Part shown: in pieces, positions 1 through 7,416 of the stretch
Numbering within the stretch: the stretch's first letter is position 1
Layout: each line of letters begins with the position of its first letter
Made by a program: the position numbers and the translations under genes
Virus record (IMG/VR): IMGVR_UViG_3300010362_000091
Location: 1-26,506 of that record
Strand: one strand, 5' to 3'
DNA: 26,506 nt
From: a virus
Lineage: Duplodnaviria; Caudoviricetes
Notes under the pieces: model-generated
Seen by the model: the letters and a program-made list of their open reading frames with translations, nothing else
Database searches by the model: none
Told to the model about the DNA's origin: nothing

Positions 1-63
1 GCCGCAATCGGGGCAGCGCCCGGCCTGCAGGTCGTCGACGAGGGTCGAGCCGCTCGCGCTCAT
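1..63 (-). CDS. Hypothetical protein, N-terminal part only (MSASGSTLVDDLQAGRCPDCG..., CxxC motif); runs off the window
   Basis: ATG at 63-61 overlaps the stop of the upstream ORF (ATGA); frame is open to the window edge. Confidence 0.5.
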   Translation of the reverse strand, partial: MSASGSTLVDDLQAGRCPDCG

Positions 64-236
64 TGCAGTGCCACCCATAAAATCGCAATACCCACAGCGG
101 CCTCAAGGTAGGCGAGCACGACAGCGTAAACCCACATCCAAGCGGGCATGGCCTGTGACCAGCCGGAAACTTTATCGGCCCACTGGAAGGCGCGCACGAT
201 CACGGCCGCACCGCCGACGATTAGGATAGCCGTCAT
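60..236 (-). CDS. Small membrane protein, 58 aa (MTAILIVGGAAVIVRAFQWADK...AVGIAILWVALQ)
   Basis: Translated by hand (below the ORF-track cutoff); ATGA overlaps at both ends; two hydrophobic segments. Confidence 0.6.
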   Translation of the reverse strand: MTAILIVGGAAVIVRAFQWADKVSGWSQAMPAWMWVYAVVLAYLEAAVGIAILWVALQ

Positions 237-895
237 GCCGCCACCGCGGCGTCGACGAGCGTCATCGCCGCCCGGATTTCATGGTCTAGCGCGACGACCG
301 CCTCCGGCCCCTGGCGCTCGGCGATTTCGCGCAGGGCCGGGAGGCCCGTATCAATCGAGGCCATCACCTCGTCCCGGGTCGCCGGACGTCCCTCGGCAAA
401 GAAGCGCACATGCTCGGGCGACCCGATGCGGAATAGCGTCCCGCCGTCGGCGCGAAATATCTTGTAGCCTCCCGTGATCCAGATCAGCGCGACGCCGGGA
501 TTGCGCCGGATCATGATCCCGCCGGGCTCGACCGCCTCCGCCGGGCGGTCCTTATCGTTGCGCCGCATCCGCGGTCGGACGAGGAACGGGCACGCGCGCA
601 CCGCATATTCGGCGCAGTCGCGGTGGCATGGCGGCTCCGACGAGACGCGATTGACCGCGCACATGGGACCGATCACGAAGGCCAGATGGCGGCCGAGCGT
701 CTCCCCGCACAACCAACATAGATTGCCCCGGACCGCGCGCCCGACCTTGGGCGCGTCGACGACCCGGAAATCCGGCGCCCCGTCGAGCCACGCCACGAAC
801 CAGGGGACCGGATAGCCGGTCGCGGAGATCGGTCGCCGGCGCATGCGCTCCGGGATCGGGATGTCGCGAATTGAGGCGTTGAGCTTGTGGTCCAT
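233..895 (-). CDS. Cys-rich phage hypothetical protein
   Basis: ORF 233..949, likely start MDHK at 895; motifs GYPVPWF, LCWLCG, EPPCHRDCAEYAVRACPFL. Confidence 0.75.
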   Translation of the reverse strand: MDHKLNASIRDIPIPERMRRRPISATGYPVPWFVAWLDGAPDFRVVDAPKVGRAVRGNLCWLCGETLGRHLAFVIGPMCAVNRVSSEPPCHRDCAEYAVRACPFLVRPRMRRNDKDRPAEAVEPGGIMIRRNPGVALIWITGGYKIFRADGGTLFRIGSPEHVRFFAEGRPATRDEVMASIDTGLPALREIAERQGPEAVVALDHEIRAAMTLVDAAVAA

Positions 896-1083
896 TGGGG
901 ACGCAACTCCAGGGCGGGGCCGGCACCCGGCCCCGGTATCCCGGATCATATCTGCCGTAATGGCAGCCGCGCAATAGCGGCCGGGGCGGGCCCGGGGACG
1001 GCGGCGCGCCCGGCCCGCTAGCGCGTGCGCCGACGGGCGGAAAAACGCACGGGCGGGCGCCCCCTGGCCGCGCGGCGGGCCTT

Positions 1084-1410
1084 TCAGTAGGTCGGGGGGG
1101 TGAACTTGTAGAACTCTACCCCGCGTTTTTCGGTGACGCAGAGGGCGGCGAAGGCGGCGATTGTTCCGGCGAGGCAGAGGGTTGAGTCGCGGTGGGCCGT
1201 CAGGCGATCCGCGGGATTAGCGCCGCGGTCGAGCAGGACGCGGGCGGCCTCACAGACGACGGCCCCCCGGCCGACGGCGAGCTGGCCGAGATCGGCATGG
1301 ACGACCGCGGTCCGGCCGGACCCGGCCGGATCGAGCCGGACCGAAATACACGACCGCTGGCGCGGATCGCGCGGGATTTCGCCGACGTCGCGTTCAAGCG
1401 TGTCGACCAT
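1084..1410 (-). CDS. Hypothetical protein
   Basis: ATG at 1410 preceded by GAGGAGG. Confidence 0.6.
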   Translation of the reverse strand: MVDTLERDVGEIPRDPRQRSCISVRLDPAGSGRTAVVHADLGQLAVGRGAVVCEAARVLLDRGANPADRLTAHRDSTLCLAGTIAAFAALCVTEKRGVEFYKFTPPTY

Positions 1411-1554
1411 GGCCTCCTCCCGGTCCCGGTATTCCCGGATCATATGCCGGGATGGCGGCGGCGCAAGTTGCGATTGTGGGGGCCGCTGGTGCGTCGGCGC
1501 CCGTCCCCGCTATCGGCCCCGGCCGACGTCCCGCCAGCGCATGGGCGGCCCACG

Positions 1555-2151
1555 TTAGGGGGCGCGGGCGCGGCCGGCGCCGCCGCAGCCGCAGGACGTC
1601 GTCCGCCCGGCGCGCAGATTCGTCTTGGCGACCGTCACCGTCTCGCCGCAGACGCAGCGGCAATGCCATCGCTTGTCGCCGGCATAGTCGACGGCGGTCA
1701 GGTGGCCATAGGTCCGACCGGCGATGTTCTTGTAGCGGGCGCGGGATTGTCGCGGCGGGGCCGGGCGGGCGGTCATTGCCGGCGCGTCGGATCGGCGCGG
1801 CCCCGGCTTGGCGCGACCGCGGGTCAGCGCCTGCTCGACCGTCCAGCCGTAGCGAAGGCGCGACTCGATGGTCCGCCGCGGCATACAAAGCTCGGCCGCC
1901 CACGCGGCCATCGTCTGTGTCTTGCCATGGGCGGCGAATAGGCGCTCGGGGGGATCGGTCGGGGTCGGGGGCGGAGCCGGAGGCGGCGAATGGGCGAGGT
2001 GGAGCTTCAGCAGGCGGTCGACCGGCCCAGGGATCGGCGCCCCTGAGGCATAGCCTTGAGACGACCGGAGCGACACGCCGAGGAGATCGGCGGCCCCTTG
2101 CTGCGTAATTCCCAAGGCGGCGAGCGTGGAGCGGTATTCGGCGGCGTCCAT
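1555..2151 (-). CDS. HTH protein fused to HNH/AP2-endonuclease-type DNA-binding modules, with no nuclease domain seen
   Basis: N-terminal HTH (LGITQQGAADLLGVSLRSSQGYASG); GKTQTMAAWAAEL..TIESRLRYGWTVEQALT; GRTYGHLT..WHCRCVCG..LRAGRTTSCGC. Confidence 0.7.
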   Translation of the reverse strand: MDAAEYRSTLAALGITQQGAADLLGVSLRSSQGYASGAPIPGPVDRLLKLHLAHSPPPAPPPTPTDPPERLFAAHGKTQTMAAWAAELCMPRRTIESRLRYGWTVEQALTRGRAKPGPRRSDAPAMTARPAPPRQSRARYKNIAGRTYGHLTAVDYAGDKRWHCRCVCGETVTVAKTNLRAGRTTSCGCGGAGRARAP

Positions 2152-2388
2152 GGGCGATTCCCTCGGCGGTGGTGGTCCGGGCCAGAATATATGCAAGGAT
2201 TGCGCATCGCCAATATTTGATTTTTGACGCGACGTCGTCCGGTCCTGCCGCGCGGGAAAAAGATCAATGTTCACAAATGCGCAATCTTTGCGGCATCGCG
2301 TTTCCGGGGGCAATCCGGGGGGCAATTTTTCCCCGGAATTCGTCCGGATTGATCTAAATTCGCCTGGATTTGCCCCCCGATGCGCGAC

Positions 2389-2415
2389 AAAAAAGGCGCC
2401 CCGCGAGGGGCGCCT
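2389..2415 (-). terminator. Rho-independent terminator downstream of the tRNA fragment
   Basis: Minus strand AGGCGCCCC-TCGC-GGGGCGCCT followed by a T run. Confidence 0.8.
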
Positions 2416-2442
2416 AGTCTAGCGATTTCAATTGGTTAGCGG

Positions 2443-2491
2443 TGGCTGGGGGAGAAGGATTCGAACCTTCATCGACGGAGTCAGAGGCCGT
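2443..2491 (-). other. 3' half of tRNA-Gln(CUG), the att core; not a complete tRNA
   Basis: Minus strand ACGGC-CTCTGAC-TCCGT CGAT GAAGG-TTCGAAT-CCTTC TCCCCCAG CCA gives the anticodon loop, T arm and CCA; no D arm or 5' acceptor strand upstream. Confidence 0.85.
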
Positions 2492-2506
2492 TGGAGCCAG
2501 CCGGGA

Positions 2507-3790
2507 TTATTCCGCAGATGCAATGGGTTGCGGCCCCGTGTCGTTGGCGGGGGCAATTTGGGGGGCAATTTTGTTCCGGGCTTGATCCCGGGCGGCGCGC
2601 GTGGCGACGTCCTGGACATTGCGGACGGTGTCGTCGCTCGGGTCGGCGTAGAATTTGGCGGTGGTGGCGATGTCGGCATGACCGAGCATCAGTTGCGCCG
2701 CCTTCAGGTTCCCGGTCGCGTCGACGACCCGCGATCCCGCGGTATGGCGGAGATCATGCAGGCGGGCGGGAACGCCGGCGCGCGACCAATGGGTCTGGCG
2801 GTGCGCGGTGAAGCGCCCGTAGGTCATCGGGTATCGGACGCCCCGCAGCAGGTCGACCGTCCGGCCGTTGCGGGGATGGACATATTTGACCCGGCGCCGC
2901 GCCCAGAAGGTAAAGACCGCGGTCGGGTGCCGGTCGGGCCGGTTCCATTCGGTCATGATGATGGCCCAGGCCTCGGCGCCGAGCGGGACCCGCTGCGGCG
3001 ATCCGCCCTTGGTGTCGGGGATTTTCATCATGCGGGCGTCAAAGTCGATCTGGAACCATGTGAGGGAGAGGAATTCCTGCGCCCGGCGGCCGGTGACGGT
3101 GCCGAATTTGCGGACGATCATAAAATCCTCGAAGCCATGCTTTAGCTCGTAGGCGTCGAGCCGTGCCTCGGCCTGCGGCGGGATCGCGAGATCGCGCGGG
3201 CGCGGTCGGTGCGTCTCCTTGAGCCAGTGCATCTTCCAGCCGATCTTCGCGACCTGCGCGGATCGACGTCCGCCGGCGTGGTTGAGAATGCGCCGGACGA
3301 GCCGCAGGGTCTTGTTGACGGTCGTCGTGGTGATCGGCCGCGCGCCCCGCTTCGGGTCGGTGCGGGTATGACTGCGGCGGGCGCTAATCAGGTCGGTGAT
3401 GTCGACGTCGCGAATCGCGGTCAGGAGCTTGGTCGCGCCGATCTGCGCGCGGACGAAGGCGACCTGCGGCCCGTCTTTCAGGACCGGCCGGCCCGCCGCG
3501 TCCGATGCCTTCTGGACGAGACCGTCCTCGTCCAGGTATTGAGCGACGTCGCGCAGCCAATGATCGCAGGCCTCGCCCCAGGTCATGGGTCCCAGGCCGA
3601 TCTGCCGCCCGCGCGCGTTCTCCTCCAGCGCCTTGCGCCGCTCCTCCTTGGCGATGGCCTCGGCCTCGCGTTTGTTCTTCGTCCCGGTTGTCCCCTTGCG
3701 CGGCTTGGTCTCGCCGGGGATCACGAAGCGCCAGGACCAGGGCCTGGTGACGTCGCCCCGGGTGATGTATTTCCCCGTCAGATCGCTCAT
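2507..3790 (-). CDS. int: Tyrosine recombinase (phage integrase), ~427 aa
   Basis: TGRRAQEFLSL (R), TKGG (K), HDLRHT, LGHADIATTAKFY; start MSDLTG with GGGAGA RBS; adjacent to the att core. Confidence 0.93.
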   Translation of the reverse strand: MSDLTGKYITRGDVTRPWSWRFVIPGETKPRKGTTGTKNKREAEAIAKEERRKALEENARGRQIGLGPMTWGEACDHWLRDVAQYLDEDGLVQKASDAAGRPVLKDGPQVAFVRAQIGATKLLTAIRDVDITDLISARRSHTRTDPKRGARPITTTTVNKTLRLVRRILNHAGGRRSAQVAKIGWKMHWLKETHRPRPRDLAIPPQAEARLDAYELKHGFEDFMIVRKFGTVTGRRAQEFLSLTWFQIDFDARMMKIPDTKGGSPQRVPLGAEAWAIIMTEWNRPDRHPTAVFTFWARRRVKYVHPRNGRTVDLLRGVRYPMTYGRFTAHRQTHWSRAGVPARLHDLRHTAGSRVVDATGNLKAAQLMLGHADIATTAKFYADPSDDTVRNVQDVATRAARDQARNKIAPQIAPANDTGPQPIASAE

Positions 3791-3828
3791 TGCCGATTTC
3801 TCCCGTGTTGGTAGTGGGCTCGCTATAT

Positions 3829-3843
3829 ATGCCAATATGGCAT
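3829..3843. promoter_or_regulatory. Operator-like palindrome ATGCCA-ATA-TGGCAT upstream of int
   Basis: Perfect inverted repeat; the same motif recurs in several other intergenic sites. Confidence 0.65.
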
Positions 3844-3887
3844 GGCGGTGCCAAGGCGAGCCTGCGGGACATCCCCGCTCATATTTT

Positions 3888-4160
3888 TCAGGGGCGCGCC
3901 CGTCCGCCGCCGCGCGGCAGCGGACGGTCCTGCCGCATGTGCGCCCACAGCGTCGCGACGTCGACGAGGGTGAAGACGAGGCGCGGCCGATTCCGACCGA
4001 GTCCCTTCGACCGGGCGACGACATGTCCGGCGCGCACATGCTCGCGCAGTTGATCCTGGTCCATCTCGAGGAGCCGCGCGACGCGCGGCAGCGACAGGAA
4101 CACGTGACCGCGAAAGGCTTCGCGGATCGCTTCCGGCAGCGCGCTCGCCTCCGCGGTCAT
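3888..4160 (-). CDS. Excisionase-like winged-HTH protein, paralog 1
   Basis: LSLPRVARLLEMDQDQLREHVRAG..GLGRNRPRLVFTLVDV; immediately upstream of int. Confidence 0.7.
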   Translation of the reverse strand: MTAEASALPEAIREAFRGHVFLSLPRVARLLEMDQDQLREHVRAGHVVARSKGLGRNRPRLVFTLVDVATLWAHMRQDRPLPRGGGRARP

Positions 4161-4169
4161 GCGCCCCCC

Positions 4170-4874
4170 CTATGCCCGGCGCCGGCGCGGGGCGTCGACC
4201 GCGTCGGCGTTTGCCTGCTCGCCGAGCCGGATGGCGAAGCGGCCCCACCCGAGCTTGCGCGAGGCGCCGACGCCGATTTCCCGGCCGGCAAATTCGACGA
4301 AGTCCACCATCTTGCGATAGGCGACGATGTCCTCGGAAAACGCGACGAAGCCCTGGCCGACGAACGGCCCGAGGAACTGGTTCGACCGCAGCGCGCGCTG
4401 ATTTGATAGCGTCTGGCCGGTCCCGGATTTCACCTGCACGAACCGCTCCCAGACGCCGTCGCCGACGGACTTCCCGGTCGATACGTTCGACACCTGAAGA
4501 ACGGTGCGGATTTGCTCCTTGCGGGCGATCCGGATCGCCGACGACGCGAGGTCGGCGGCCTGCGCTAGGCATCCGTAGAGCTGGTGCGCCGGGATCGTGA
4601 TCTCGTCGCCCGGCCGGCCGCGCATCATGTCGTCGTCGCCGACGTCGCCGAAGGTATAGAATTGGCGCTCGGCGCGGGCCTGGAGCTTTTCGTAGTCGTC
4701 CATCGACATGTCGTGCGCGGCGAGATAATCGCGCAGCGCCTTGACGCGCTTCTCCTCCGACCGCGCGCGGCGGGTCCCCGACTCCTTCTGGATGTTGATG
4801 AGCTTCTCTAGCTCGGGCCAATAGGGGTGGGCGATATAGCCCTTCGTGAAGGTCAATTCGACCGGATAAATCAT
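4170..4874 (-). CDS. Orphan RAMP-superfamily (Cas7/Csm3-like) protein, 234 aa
   Basis: ITIPAHQLYGCL resembles the RAMP IPGSSLKGAL motif; C-terminal Gly-rich loop AGREIGVGASRKLGWGRF; AAGGAG RBS. Confidence 0.75.
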   Translation of the reverse strand: MIYPVELTFTKGYIAHPYWPELEKLINIQKESGTRRARSEEKRVKALRDYLAAHDMSMDDYEKLQARAERQFYTFGDVGDDDMMRGRPGDEITIPAHQLYGCLAQAADLASSAIRIARKEQIRTVLQVSNVSTGKSVGDGVWERFVQVKSGTGQTLSNQRALRSNQFLGPFVGQGFVAFSEDIVAYRKMVDFVEFAGREIGVGASRKLGWGRFAIRLGEQANADAVDAPRRRRA

Positions 4875-4996
4875 AGCGGTGCTCCTTGGTTGACGTTGGC
4901 GCTGGCGATGGCGACGGCGGCGGCGTAGGCGACGGCGTTGGCGAAGGCGAGGGCGCTGGCGAAGGCGTTGGCGGGAGCGCCGGCGAGGTCGATCAT
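4871..4996 (-). CDS. 41-aa Ala-X mini-ORF spanning hexamer array 1 (MIDLAGAPANAFASALAFANAVAYAAAVAIASANVNQGAPL)
   Basis: ATGA overlaps with both neighbouring genes. Confidence 0.45.
   Translation of the reverse strand: MIDLAGAPANAFASALAFANAVAYAAAVAIASANVNQGAPL
4892..4993 (-). repeat. Hexamer array 1: 17 units of CGCC+NN (GGCG+NN on plus)
   Basis: Plus-strand NN series: tt ct at ac gc ta ac tt aa ag ct aa tt gg cc ag at. Confidence 0.95.
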
Positions 4997-5259
4997 GGCG
5001 CGGCCACCCGTCGGCGGGACCGGGGCGCGCCGTTGGAAATGCGGCGCCAGAACACCTCGACGTCGCCGAGGGTGAAGACGCGGCGCGGGCGCTGCGTGCC
5101 GATGCCCTTGTTGTGCCAGGGCAGCCGGCCGGAATCGAGATGGCCGCGCAGGGTATTGCGCGAGAATTCGAGCGCGACGGCTAGCTCGTCGAACGACAAA
5201 TAGGCGCGACCGCGGAAGGCGTCGCGGACCTTGTCGGGGAGGGTGGCGCGATTGCTCAT
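4993..5259 (-). CDS. Excisionase-like winged-HTH protein, paralog 2
   Basis: LPDKVRDAFRGRAYLS..KGIGTQRPRRVFTLGDV aligns with 3888..4160. Confidence 0.7.
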   Translation of the reverse strand: MSNRATLPDKVRDAFRGRAYLSFDELAVALEFSRNTLRGHLDSGRLPWHNKGIGTQRPRRVFTLGDVEVFWRRISNGAPRSRRRVAAP

Positions 5260-5720
5260 CGGCGCCCCCGGGACGATGGCGTCGTCGTTGGCGTCGGCGC
5301 AGGCGACGGCGTAGGCGCAGGCGTTGGCGGGGGCGCCGGCGAAGGCGTTGGCGTCGGCGTAGGCGACGGCGGTGGCGTAGGCGGCGGCGAAGACGTTGGC
5401 GCAGACGAGGGCGGTGGCGCGGGCGTGGGCGCAGGCGGTGGCGCGGGCGTGGGCGCAGGCGTGGGCGCAGGCTTAGGCGTTGGCGGGGGCGTCGGCGTAG
5501 GCGGGGGCGACGGCGACGGCATAGGGCAGGCGAACAGCGGGCCGGGCGGCTCGCGCTCGACGGCGGCGCGGTAGTCGGCGGCGATCTCCTCCATGGTTGC
5601 AATTTCGCGGCGCGCAAGCTCCTCGGTCATGCTCCCGGACGCGACGGCGCGGGGATAGACCTTGAGGCGCCAGCGGACCTCGCGCTCGGCGCAGCGGAGC
5701 TTGTCGACCGCGGTCGCCAT
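5256..5720 (-). CDS. Phage hypothetical protein with a Pro-X tail encoded by array 2
   Basis: Start MATAVDKLRCAEREV at 5720, just after the upstream stop; its own stop overlaps the next start. Confidence 0.7.
   Translation of the reverse strand: MATAVDKLRCAEREVRWRLKVYPRAVASGSMTEELARREIATMEEIAADYRAAVEREPPGPLFACPMPSPSPPPTPTPPPTPKPAPTPAPTPAPPPAPTPAPPPSSAPTSSPPPTPPPSPTPTPTPSPAPPPTPAPTPSPAPTPTTTPSSRGRR
5272..5523 (-). repeat. Hexamer array 2: 42 units
   Basis: Plus-strand NN: at tc tt tc ca ac ta ca tt gg cc aa tt tc ta ac gt ta gc aa tt ca ag gt cg tg ca gt cg tg ca tg ca ta tt gg tc ta gg ac ac ta. Confidence 0.95.
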
Positions 5721-5721
5721 G

Positions 5722-6936
5722 CTAGACGGCCTCCACCCGGGCGGCTCGGCGGATGTCCTGAATGCGCTTTTCGAGATCCTCGACCCGCGCGCGGAGCGCG
5801 TCGTTCTCGGCATTCAATCGGTCAATGACGGCCTCGCGTTCCTCGGCCTCGCGCATCAGCCGGGCGCGGTCGTTCACCGTCTCCTCAATGTCGGAAATGA
5901 CGACGTCGGCCTGCTGAACCAACTTGTCGATGTTGGCCTTCACATAGCCGAAGGTGTCGGTGGTGATCAGCGTCATGGGATCTAGCTCCGGCCCGGCATG
6001 GATCGCGGCGCCGGCCACGCGGACCCCCGTCGACCGGCTGACAAGAAGGAATCCCGCGCACGCGACGAGCGCCGACAGCGCGAGCGCAAATAGGATCGAC
6101 CGGACGCCCGGCGCGGGACGGGGCGGGAGCGGGATCGCGACCGGCAGCGGCGCCGCGGGGAACGCGTCCGTGAAGGCCGCGGCGACTCGGTGCGAGGGCG
6201 AGGGCGGAGGCGGCGTCGAGGGCGATAGCGTGGGCGTTGCCGCAGGCGTTGGCGATGGCATTGGCGGAGCCGAGGTCGACGGCGAAGGCGCGGGCGTTGG
6301 CGGTGGCGTTGTCGTCGGCGGTGGCGATGGCGTAGCCATTGGCGCAGGCGCTGGCGATGGCACGGGCGGAGGCGTTGTCGTCGGCGTTGTCGTTGCCGCT
6401 GGCGTTGGCGCGGGCGATGACGGCGGCGGTGGCGAAGGCGCCGGCGCTGGCGCAGGCGCAGGCGTCGGCGAGGGCGTTGCCGTCGGCGTCGGAGAAGGCG
6501 TCGGCGATAGCGAGGGCGCGGGCGATGACGTCGGCGCTGGCGGGGGCGACGGCGAAGACGATGGCGTTGGCGCGGGCGCGGGCGTTGGCGAGGGCGCAAC
6601 ACGGGACAGGATCGCGGCGCGGCGCGGGACGCGGCGATGCAAATTTGCATTGGCCCTGAGCGGGCCGGACCAGCAGCGGCGGCCGCGGACAAGACGATAC
6701 GACCAATAGCCGGCGCGGGCCGCCGCCGGCGGCAGCGTCGACCGGCATCCCGCCGGGCGGCGCGCGCTTGAGACGTCCGACAGTCCGCTGGCGGCGGTGG
6801 GTTGGTCGGACGTCCGCGCGGCCGCCGGCGGGGCGATCACCGCCGTGTGCGCGGCGACGATGATGGCGGCAAATGTGAAGGTGGGGCCGTGCCTACCGCG
6901 CGCATCACGGTCATTGGCCGTGCCCCTTCGCGGCAT
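5722..6936 (-). CDS. Putative membrane protein: signal/TM segment, Cys-Trp domain, Pro/Thr/Ser stalk (array 3), TM helix, coiled coil
   Basis: Part of ORF 5722..7107; [16 protein letters not shown]; [20 protein letters not shown]; [19 protein letters not shown]. Start uncertain (6936 or 7008); an internal ATG at 5976 with GGAG may give a separate 84-aa coiled-coil protein. Confidence 0.55.
   Translation of the reverse strand: MPRRGTANDRDARGRHGPTFTFAAIIVAAHTAVIAPPAAARTSDQPTAASGLSDVSSARRPAGCRSTLPPAAARAGYWSYRLVRGRRCWSGPLRANANLHRRVPRRAAILSRVAPSPTPAPAPTPSSSPSPPPAPTSSPAPSLSPTPSPTPTATPSPTPAPAPAPAPSPPPPSSPAPTPAATTTPTTTPPPVPSPAPAPMATPSPPPTTTPPPTPAPSPSTSAPPMPSPTPAATPTLSPSTPPPPSPSHRVAAAFTDAFPAAPLPVAIPLPPRPAPGVRSILFALALSALVACAGFLLVSRSTGVRVAGAAIHAGPELDPMTLITTDTFGYVKANIDKLVQQADVVISDIEETVNDRARLMREAEEREAVIDRLNAENDALRARVEDLEKRIQDIRRAARVEAV
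6191..6598 (-). repeat. Hexamer array 3: 68 units
   Basis: Uninterrupted 6-nt period of GGCG+NN on plus, with occasional GTCG/GACG/GCCG/GGCA variants. Confidence 0.95.
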
Positions 6937-7004
6937 CTGAGCGCCCCCGCTATCGCCGCGCGGCAGCGCGTGGCGGGCAGCGCCGCGAAACTCAGACACG
7001 AAGA

Positions 7005-7415
7005 TCATTTGCGCCGCTCCTCGATCAGGGCGCGGACGTCGTCCGCGTCCGCCGGGTCGAGCAGGGGGAGCACCTGGTCGAGGATGACCGCGCGCGCGTC
7101 CTCCCAAAACGCCTCGAATTCGACCGCCGTCATGCCGGCGAGGCTATGCGGTATCGGGATCGGGTGCGTGCCCCGCGGCAGGACGGCGAGGTCGAAGTGC
7201 CCGGTGGCGACGGCGAGCCAGCCGCCGACGTTCTGCATTGCCATGCCGCGCGCCCGGCCGATCCGGGCGACGATCATGTGGACGTAGTCGCGGAACGCCG
7301 GCGCGGACTGGATGACGCGGACGCGCACGGTCTCGCCGATGGCTAGCTCGGCCATCTTGGCGCGGGCCGCGTCGTCGGCCGGCACCAGGGCGTTCCGGAC
7401 TACGGAGAAGTCCAT
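7005..7415 (-). CDS. DUF1367-like phage protein
   Basis: [17 protein letters not shown] and [21 protein letters not shown]; located downstream of bet. Confidence 0.6.
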   Translation of the reverse strand: MDFSVVRNALVPADDAARAKMAELAIGETVRVRVIQSAPAFRDYVHMIVARIGRARGMAMQNVGGWLAVATGHFDLAVLPRGTHPIPIPHSLAGMTAVEFEAFWEDARAVILDQVLPLLDPADADDVRALIEERRK

Positions 7416-7416
7416 G

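Larger units (their letters stand above)
2306..2570. promoter_or_regulatory. attP-like region: paired arm-type repeats GGGGGCAAT (2306-2327, 2549-2570) and IHF-like sites (2426-2438, 2518-2530) around the tRNA core
   Basis: GGGGGCAATCCGGGGGGCAATT and GGGGGCAATTTGGGGGGCAATT flank the tRNA fragment; TTTCAATTGGTTA and ATGCAATGGGTTG resemble the IHF consensus WATCAANNNNTTR. Confidence 0.7.

Noticed and set aside
2443-2515. Complete tRNA-Gln gene
   Set aside because: The 5' acceptor strand and D arm are missing, so it is treated as an att core
5885-6748. Overlapping Ala-, Arg- and Gly-rich ORFs across array 3, and similar ones over arrays 2 and 4
   Set aside because: They follow from the repeat being stop-free; their flanks are not protein-like and lack coupling or an RBS
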